Source: Clostridium sp. CAG:1000
GTDB taxonomy: Bacteria > Bacillota_I > Bacilli_A > RF39 > UBA660
Assembly: GCA_000436975.1 (NCBI GenBank)
Contig: HG000339.1
Location: 20,796 to 84,795 of the forward strand
Direction of reading: 5' to 3'
DNA: 64,000 bases
Position 1 is the stretch's first letter, and the number at the start of each line of letters is the position of its first letter. The translations under genes and the position numbers were made by a program. The notes below the pieces were generated by a model. The model worked only from the letters and a program-made list of their open reading frames with translations, was not told the DNA's origin and searched no databases. Of the stretch, positions 39,017 through 45,276 are shown piece after piece.

Positions 39017-39639
39017 TATTTGTTTTCTCCCTTATTCATTACTTTTTTAGCCATTGTTCTTTTACCACATTTAGGACATTTTTGATATCTAGATGTACCC
39101 ATATGTGGAGCCATCAATAATTTAAAGTAATTTTTTTCTTCAAATATATGATGACAATGTTTGCACTCATAATATCCTGCATCTACTTCAAGTTTAAATC
39201 CATAGAAACACACAATTAGTAATATAGCTGTTGAAACACAAATAATTGTAGCTAATATTGGACCTTCTTCTAATAATATAGAAGATATAACCATAAGAGC
39301 TACATAAAATATAAAGGCTGTTATAGTTAATACCCACATATTTGTAATTAATCTTTTGTTTTTTAGTTCATCTTGTTTAGCAAGTTCTACTAATAATTCT
39401 TCATTTTTCTTTTCATAATCCTTCATATCAATTCTTTCGCCATTTAAAAGTTCATTGACATTTATATCAAGTATATTACACAAGTCTAGCATCTTATCAG
39501 CATCTGGTAAAGATAAACCTCTTTCCCATTTTGATACAGCTCGATCCGTAATAAATAATTTTTCTGCTAATTGTTCTTGAGTTATGTTTTTTTCTTTTCT
39601 ACAATTAGCAATAAATTTTCCAATCTTAATTAAATCCAT
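39016..39639 (-). CDS. XRE-family HTH regulator with TM helices and a C-terminal zinc-ribbon
   Basis: MDLIKIGKFIANCRKEKNITQEQLAEKL, two TM helices, CKHC..CPKC. The start is moved to the second ATG behind AAAGGAG; the ORF track starts at 39657. Confidence 0.7.
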   Translation of the reverse strand: MDLIKIGKFIANCRKEKNITQEQLAEKLFITDRAVSKWERGLSLPDADKMLDLCNILDINVNELLNGERIDMKDYEKKNEELLVELAKQDELKNKRLITNMWVLTITAFIFYVALMVISSILLEEGPILATIICVSTAILLIVCFYGFKLEVDAGYYECKHCHHIFEEKNYFKLLMAPHMGTSRYQKCPKCGKRTMAKKVMNKGENK

Positions 39640-39763
39640 GAACTTTTCTCCTTTCATGACTTAATTATAAAATAAGCCATTTATTAGTTACACATACCAA
39701 TGGTTGAGTTGATATTCTATATCTATTTTACCATAAAAATAGTGAATATTTTTATTTATTAAT

Positions 39764-39780
39764 GAACGGAATATTACTAT
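39764..39780. repeat. junction half-motif K2
   Basis: GAACGGAATATTACTAT lies immediately after the Fic terminator. Confidence 0.7.
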
Positions 39781-39782
39781 AA

Positions 39783-39804
39783 ACAGAACACATTTGTGTT
39801 CTGT
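39783..39804 (-). terminator. intrinsic terminator of the recombinase-fic unit
   Basis: ACAGAACACAAATGTGTTCTGT begins right after the fic stop and is followed by TTTAT. Confidence 0.6.
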
Positions 39805-40800
39805 TTATACTTTATAATACATTTGGTTTTTACTGGTTGGTTTATCTGGATTAGTCATTTTTATCAATCCATTTTCTAATGCAGGATTTAAGTAATTATC
39901 TCTAAATGAAATACGTGATTTCATATCTAGTTTTTCCATTAATTCGGATGTTGTCATAGCTACTCCACTTTCCATTACATCTAATAACTTATTAACATAT
40001 GAACTAACATGATTTGCTTGTACACTAGTACTATCCATCAAATCTTCTAATGTTTCATCAATCATTTTTAACATAAATTCTATAAACTCAGTAGAATTAC
40101 CATTATGATCACAATTAGCAATAGCAGAATAGTATTCTTCTTGATATTTTTTTATTTGAGATTCAATTGGAACATATTCAAAAAGTTTTTCCCAGTTTGA
40201 AAGTATTACATTTTGCCATAATCTAGCAGTTCTCCCATTTCCATCTTTAAATGGATGGATAAATACAAATTCATAATGGAATACTGAAGATAGTATTAAT
40301 GGATGAATTATACCATTGTTATCTTCCATCCATTTAAATAATTGTTTCATTAACTCATCAACTTGTTCAGGTGGTGGACAAACATGAATACAATTTCCTT
40401 TTTCATCAAAGACTCCTTCATTTCCTTTTCTAAACTCACCAGATTCATCTACTGTAAGGTATGTCATTACACCATGGACTTTTTTTAAATCTTTAATTGA
40501 ATATTGATTAACTTCTTTTATTAATTTATATGCTTCATAGGCATTTTTAACTTCTTGTATTTCATCTTGAGGACCTATTACTTTTTTTCCATCAATAATA
40601 TCTTTTACCTGATCGAATGATAATGAATTTGCTTCAATAGCTAATGATGAATGAATAGAGCGAATCCTATTATTCCTTCTTAGAACTGGCATTTTATTTA
40701 AATCTTTATAATTATCTAACTTACCAATTTTTTTCATTATGTTTGATATTTTGTCTAACATAATATTAGTAATATCAAATGGTGGTATGTAATTATCCAT
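39805..40800 (-). CDS. Fic family protein
   Basis: 331 aa with the Fic motif HPFKDGNGRTARL and an N-terminal SSLAIEAN segment at the usual inhibitory-helix position. Confidence 0.85.
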   Translation of the reverse strand: MDNYIPPFDITNIMLDKISNIMKKIGKLDNYKDLNKMPVLRRNNRIRSIHSSLAIEANSLSFDQVKDIIDGKKVIGPQDEIQEVKNAYEAYKLIKEVNQYSIKDLKKVHGVMTYLTVDESGEFRKGNEGVFDEKGNCIHVCPPPEQVDELMKQLFKWMEDNNGIIHPLILSSVFHYEFVFIHPFKDGNGRTARLWQNVILSNWEKLFEYVPIESQIKKYQEEYYSAIANCDHNGNSTEFIEFMLKMIDETLEDLMDSTSVQANHVSSYVNKLLDVMESGVAMTTSELMEKLDMKSRISFRDNYLNPALENGLIKMTNPDKPTSKNQMYYKV

Positions 40801-40829
40801 ATAAAATCACCTCAAATTCTTGTAATAAT

Positions 40830-40858
40830 ATTATATCATTTAATAGCATGATAGTCAA
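40830..40858 (-). promoter_or_regulatory. near-consensus sigma-A promoter for fic
   Basis: TTGACT, a 17-nt spacer and TGATATAAT on the minus strand. Flanked upstream by ATACAAGA direct repeats. Confidence 0.6.
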
Positions 40859-40894
40859 TTATCTTGTATGTTTTTCTATATGTTTTCTTGTATA

Positions 40895-41857
40895 CTAGCA
40901 AATGTATTTTCTATGAGATATTTTTACATTATTTTGATTAACAAACGCATAATGGAGTGTTGTATCTATTTTGGTATGTCCTAGTAAATGCTGAACTTGT
41001 TCAATTGGCATTCCTTTATCTATTGCTTTAGTTGCAAGTGTCCTTCTAAATTTATGAGGATGTACTTTTTCTTCTCCTAGTTCTTTTCCAAGTTTTTGTA
41101 GCATTAATTCTATTCCTCTGCTTTTCAATCTATCATAAGGTTTATTATTACTTACAAATAATGCTTCATTATTATCTATTCTATTATTCAAATAATCTTC
41201 CATATGTAATTTTGCTTTACCATCAAAGTATACTTCTCTCATCTTTTTACCTTTACCAAATACTAAGCATGATTTATTCTCGAAATTAATATCATCTCTA
41301 TTAAGATTAACAAGTTCACTTATTCTTATACCTGATGAAGCTAATAAATCTATAATAGCTAAATTTCTTATATTGGTACAACCATTTCTTAATCTTTCCA
41401 TTAATTCATCTGAATATGTTTCTTTAATTAAAAACTCTGTTTTTATTTTATGTATTCTTCTAATTGGACTTTTAACTATATAATCTTCTACTTCAAGAAA
41501 AGTAAAGAAACTAGATAAAGATCTTCTTACTCCATCAATAGTTAAATTATTACAACTATTGTTTGATTGATAATATGATAAAAACTCTCTAATATCATCA
41601 GTTTCAATTGTTCTTACATCTTTATCTAAATAGGATAACATCTTATAAATATGTATTTTATAATTTTTAATAGTTAATTCAGAACATCCTTCTATTCTTT
41701 TAGAATTAATAAACTTATTAACATATTCATCATTAGATATTTCTTTCTTTTCAATCTCAATTTTCTTATATAATACTTCCTGTAATTTAGACATTTGATA
41801 ATTATTCAAATATCTATTCATTTCTGAACTTATAGTTCTAATTATATTCTCATTCAT
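40895..41857 (-). CDS. tyrosine recombinase, XerC/XerD-like (no arm-binding domain)
   Basis: 320 aa with SAM-like N-domain and catalytic region ASSGIRISEL .. HPHKFRRTLATK .. LLGHTKIDTTLHY. Confidence 0.85.
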   Translation of the reverse strand: MNENIIRTISSEMNRYLNNYQMSKLQEVLYKKIEIEKKEISNDEYVNKFINSKRIEGCSELTIKNYKIHIYKMLSYLDKDVRTIETDDIREFLSYYQSNNSCNNLTIDGVRRSLSSFFTFLEVEDYIVKSPIRRIHKIKTEFLIKETYSDELMERLRNGCTNIRNLAIIDLLASSGIRISELVNLNRDDINFENKSCLVFGKGKKMREVYFDGKAKLHMEDYLNNRIDNNEALFVSNNKPYDRLKSRGIELMLQKLGKELGEEKVHPHKFRRTLATKAIDKGMPIEQVQHLLGHTKIDTTLHYAFVNQNNVKISHRKYIC

Positions 41858-41936
41858 AAAACCATTCTCCTTTCAAATAAGAATGGTTTTTATTATATAT
41901 AAAAACTAGGTGATAGCAAAATCATCTAGTTTAAAT

Positions 41937-41962
41937 GTACGGAAATTCTTAATAGTGCGATT
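41937..41962. repeat. junction motif J8
   Basis: GTACGGAAATTCTTAATAGTGCGATT overlaps the stop of 41961-42824. Confidence 0.65.
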
Positions 41963-42824
41963 AATTACTTTTTTCTTTTACGGTATATGTATCTCTCCTG
42001 ATAGAAATATCGAATGTTATTTTATCGCCATCAGGTGATTCTAGTATAAATTCAGTTTTACCGGCTTTTTTAAATTCTGCATGAACTTTCCAATCTTCAA
42101 TACCACTTTCATATCTGATACTTAATTCACCATATTTATTATCAGTAAGATAAACTTTATAATTATCATCAAACTTATATTTTTCGCCATTGAATAATAT
42201 ATCCGTACTATATACTGGTGGATTTATTATACATATAATTGTAAGTGCAATAATTATTATGCTACTTATTACTACCCCAGTAATTTTTATTTTTTTATTA
42301 TTAAATATAGCTAATGGATAGATTATTAATGCACTCATACAAAAAATAGTAGTTAATAGATGTCTTGGAAAAGAAAACATCGTTTTAGATAAATAACCAG
42401 CACACTCTTCTCCAGTTAATAATAACATCGGAATAAGAATTAATAATCCCCACCATTTATCTTTTTTCATGTAATATCCTATAAAACCCATAGGAAGACA
42501 AGCTATTGTCCATAAAAACCAAAATCTATAATATGTATTAAATAAATTACTTTGTTTAATTATATCCTGAACTAAATATACTAATGGTTGACTAATTAAA
42601 AAGAAGATAAAACATTTTAATGCTGAATCTTTAGGAGATTTACTATTCATAATAATAAATATTCCAAAAAAGATCCATACTTCAAAGGTAACAGTTAAAT
42701 CATTAAATGAAGTATCTTTTGCTATTGGTAACATTGCCATAACTGCTGTATATATACCTACAAATATTGAAAACACAACCAACTTTTTCCAAGTTAAATT
42801 AATTCCGCCAAATAATTTTTTCAC
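41961..42824 (-). CDS. hypothetical polytopic membrane protein with a soluble C-terminal domain
   Basis: 287 aa, about 7 TM helices, GTG start, no recognisable motif. Confidence 0.5.
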   Translation of the reverse strand: MKKLFGGINLTWKKLVVFSIFVGIYTAVMAMLPIAKDTSFNDLTVTFEVWIFFGIFIIMNSKSPKDSALKCFIFFLISQPLVYLVQDIIKQSNLFNTYYRFWFLWTIACLPMGFIGYYMKKDKWWGLLILIPMLLLTGEECAGYLSKTMFSFPRHLLTTIFCMSALIIYPLAIFNNKKIKITGVVISSIIIIALTIICIINPPVYSTDILFNGEKYKFDDNYKVYLTDNKYGELSIRYESGIEDWKVHAEFKKAGKTEFILESPDGDKITFDISIRRDTYTVKEKSN

Positions 42825-42890
42825 TTTATCACGCTCATTTCCATATCATTATAACACACTTTTACATTTTTTTATCGGTAATTAAATATA

Positions 42891-42913
42891 TCGTAAGATT
42901 ACTAATTTCCGAT
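42891..42913. repeat. junction motif J9 (diverged core ATTACTAAT)
   Basis: TCGTAAGATTACTAATTTCCGAT ends at the base before the stop of 42914-43537. Part of a larger inverted repeat ATCGGTAATTA..TAATTTCCGAT (42874-42913). Confidence 0.6.
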
Positions 42914-43537
42914 TTATTTATTATTACTTATTGTTACAATACATCTATCAGCTAACATATTTTTTAAAAAGTCATCTGATTCCATTTTTTTAACATTTTT
43001 AATGTTTAATTGTATAGCCATTTTAATATATGCACTTTTCTTTGATAAATAATAACCATTTTTATATGTCATTAATCTATCCATTAATTCTTCATCAGTT
43101 TCGGGTGGATTATCAAATTCTAAAGATTTTATTATAAATTTTTCTACTTCATTTAATTTATCATAAGATGCTTTTACTTTTTTCAAAAGATTAGTACATA
43201 ACTCTATTGATTTATCATAAGCTTTTCTATCTAATGTAATAACACTAGTATTTGTTGTAGATATATAAGAATAATCAGTAGCTAAATCATAGGATAAAGT
43301 ATAATCTTTAACATTTTCATCAATAAAAATTTTAAACTCCAAGTCTTCAGTTATTTCATATTTCAATGCCTCTTGATACATAGCATGAACTAACATATTT
43401 GTAGATAATATATCTACTATTTCAACAAAATCATTTTTTAGTTCAATATAATCATATTGTTCAATTATTTTGTTAGATAATGTTCCTTTATTATCTAATA
43501 ATTCAGCTTGTAATTTACCATCCTTTACTTTAATCAT
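42914..43537 (-). CDS. hypothetical protein, C-terminus weakly sigma-70 region-4/ArpU-like
   Basis: Start moved to MIKVKDGKL behind AAGGGTGG; the ORF track starts at 43579. The family guess is weak. Confidence 0.45.
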   Translation of the reverse strand: MIKVKDGKLQAELLDNKGTLSNKIIEQYDYIELKNDFVEIVDILSTNMLVHAMYQEALKYEITEDLEFKIFIDENVKDYTLSYDLATDYSYISTTNTSVITLDRKAYDKSIELCTNLLKKVKASYDKLNEVEKFIIKSLEFDNPPETDEELMDRLMTYKNGYYLSKKSAYIKMAIQLNIKNVKKMESDDFLKNMLADRCIVTISNNK

Positions 43538-43570
43538 TTTACCACCCTTACTTCTAAATACTACGAAAAA

Positions 43571-43612
43571 AGGTGTCAATAGTATTAAAGTGTTTAAATA
43601 CTACCGACACCT
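43571..43612 (-). terminator. long intrinsic terminator after integrase B
   Basis: AGGTGTCGGTAGTATTTAAACACTTTAATACTATTGACACCT followed by TTTTTTCG on the minus strand. Confidence 0.65.
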
Positions 43613-43630
43613 CTAAATAATTCATTATAA

Positions 43631-43650
43631 AGATTTATTAATTTCGATTG
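43631..43650. repeat. junction motif J10 (J9-like)
   Basis: AGATTTATTAATTTCGATTG compares with J9 AGATTACTAATTTCCGATT. Lies between the integrase B stop and its terminator. Confidence 0.45.
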
Positions 43651-43752
43651 TTTTTTCATAGCTGTACCTCCATTTCTAGAGAATACCTCTTTCATTGGTT
43701 ATATATATTATCACTTTTTAAAAATTTGTCAATTCCTTATTTAGGGAATGAA

Positions 43753-45060
43753 CTAATCTTGGTATTCTATATCTTGTACAGGCGGAATATCTAAAGTATT
43801 AGCATAATCTTCAAATTTATTAACTGTTTCAGTTTCCATTTTATTTGTTACTCTAACATATATATTATATGTAGTCATTATAGTTGAATGTCCTAATCTT
43901 TTAGATACTGCTTTTATATCAGCGCCTTGTTCTATTAATCTAGTTGCATGAGTATCTCTAAAATCATGAAATCTACAAGGTATTCCAAGTTCATAATTAA
44001 TAACTTTAAATGCATGTCTTGGTGATTCAGTTCCTCTAAAATCTCCATTAGCTCTTACAAATACTAATTTAGCTTCAGGTAGATCTACTTTTATTTCAGC
44101 CTTAGCATCAACTATTTTTATTTCAGGTCTATTTGTGTATTCATTCATTATTCTTTTTTCATAATGTTTTAGATAAGATTCTCCATAGTATTCTTTATTT
44201 TCTTCTTGAAGTTTCTTATATTCTTTTAATGCTTTGACTAATGTATCTCCTATAGATATTGTTCTTTGACTTTGAGGATTTTTACAAGTACCATAACTCC
44301 ATACTTCAACAGAGTGTCCTTTACTTATACAATATCTTTTAGGTAGTCCATACTTATTCTTTTTAATAATATTTTTATTAACAGTTATAGTCTTTTTTTC
44401 AAAATTAATATTATCCCAAGTTAATCCATATACTTCTGATACTCTCATTCCTGTGTAATATGCTGTTAGAAATGAATAATAAATATAAGGAACATCTTTA
44501 AATCTATCTAATATCTTTTCTATTTCTTCCTGAGTAAATATATGTGCTGGATCTCCACATACTACTTCATATCTTGGAATATGTACTTTTTCAGCAGGAT
44601 TTTCATTTATAAAATTAACTGAATAACATGCATATCTTAATGAACCTTTTACTACTTTCATAATGTTTTTTAAATACCATTTAGATAAATTCTTTTCTAC
44701 AAATATCTTATTAATAAATTCTTGTAACATTTGAGAATCAATTTGCCATAGTGCATATCTTCCTAACATAGGTTTTAAGTATAGTTTAATAATATTTAAA
44801 TATGTAACAATGGTTGAATATTTTAAATTAAAATTACAATAAGTATCAATCCAATAATCTAAGTAATCAGAATATGACATATCTTTATTTCTTCTAACTC
44901 TTCCTATCTTATAATATTCTGTATAATCTAATGCACCTTGATTTAATGCATCCTGTCTTGTTGGAAATCCTGATTTAGATATCCATTTTCTTGTGCCATC
45001 AACCGAAGCAGTTTCAAATCGGTATTCATATACCTTTCCACGTTTTCTTACGCTTACCAT
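43753..45060 (-). CDS. int: tyrosine integrase with AP2-like arm-binding N-terminus (integrase B), adjacent to secA
   Basis: MVSVRKRGKVYEYRFE..SKSGF N-terminus and catalytic FHDFRDTHATR..LGHSTIMTTYNIY. Start moved to the ATG behind AAGGAGAG; the ORF track starts at 45117. Confidence 0.85.
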   Translation of the reverse strand: MVSVRKRGKVYEYRFETASVDGTRKWISKSGFPTRQDALNQGALDYTEYYKIGRVRRNKDMSYSDYLDYWIDTYCNFNLKYSTIVTYLNIIKLYLKPMLGRYALWQIDSQMLQEFINKIFVEKNLSKWYLKNIMKVVKGSLRYACYSVNFINENPAEKVHIPRYEVVCGDPAHIFTQEEIEKILDRFKDVPYIYYSFLTAYYTGMRVSEVYGLTWDNINFEKKTITVNKNIIKKNKYGLPKRYCISKGHSVEVWSYGTCKNPQSQRTISIGDTLVKALKEYKKLQEENKEYYGESYLKHYEKRIMNEYTNRPEIKIVDAKAEIKVDLPEAKLVFVRANGDFRGTESPRHAFKVINYELGIPCRFHDFRDTHATRLIEQGADIKAVSKRLGHSTIMTTYNIYVRVTNKMETETVNKFEDYANTLDIPPVQDIEYQD

Positions 45061-45130
45061 TTTTATACTCTCCTTTTCTAAAATTGGTAAACAAAAAATG
45101 CCATCGAATGATGACATTTATCTTTATAAA

Positions 45131-45251
45131 TTGTCCACAAAACGTGTACTAAATTTCACAACATTTTTTGCCCTATTGTCCACAATTTTAAATTTACGTG
45201 GACAAAATGTGGACAAATGGCAATTTTCGGTCAATTTTTACGTGGACAAAA
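45131..45251. repeat. cluster of five GTGGACAA motifs between integrase B and the secA stop
   Basis: Inverted copies TTGTCCACAA at 45131 and 45176. Direct tandem copy at 45198-45217 (identical 20-mer to 21981-22000) and ACGTGGACAAAA at 45240-45251. Confidence 0.8.
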
Positions 45252-45276
45252 TCCTCGCAAACCCTTATATTTCCTA

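Noticed and set aside
29487-39735. Similarity of the recurring TTGTGGTAAAATA boxes (29487, 30233, 37153, 39722) to the secA end TGTTGTGGTAA(A/G)TA(A/G), possibly reiterated att cores.
   Set aside because: The boxes sit at the correct distance from the RBS to be extended -10 promoters (TGnTAAAAT). Two of them read ATGGTAAAAT without the GTGG part. Paralogous XRE promoters explain the similarity more simply, and I cannot distinguish the options without statistics.
28901-42913. Junction motifs read as canonical integron attC sites or as dif/pdif (XerC/XerD) sites.
   Set aside because: The motifs lack the RYYYAAC/GTTRRRY R-boxes of attC, and no IntI-type integrase signature is evident. They also lack the conserved XerD arm (TTATGTnAA) of Firmicute dif. 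Partial resemblance to the B. subtilis XerC arm (TTCCTAGAATAT) is too weak to rely on.
43594-43659. 21-codon ORF MKKQSKLINLYNELFRGVGSI with a GGAGG RBS between integrase B and the next gene.
   Set aside because: It overlaps junction motif J10 and runs into the terminator hairpin. No conservation evidence is available, so it is likely fortuitous.
21981-45251. GTGGACAA / TTGTCCACA clusters read as a chromosomal oriC (DnaA boxes).
   Set aside because: No dnaA, dnaN or AT-rich unwinding context is present. The clusters sit exactly at the two ends of an integrase-bounded island and share an identical 20-mer, which favours integrase arm sites. DnaA binding is kept only as an alternative in the findings.
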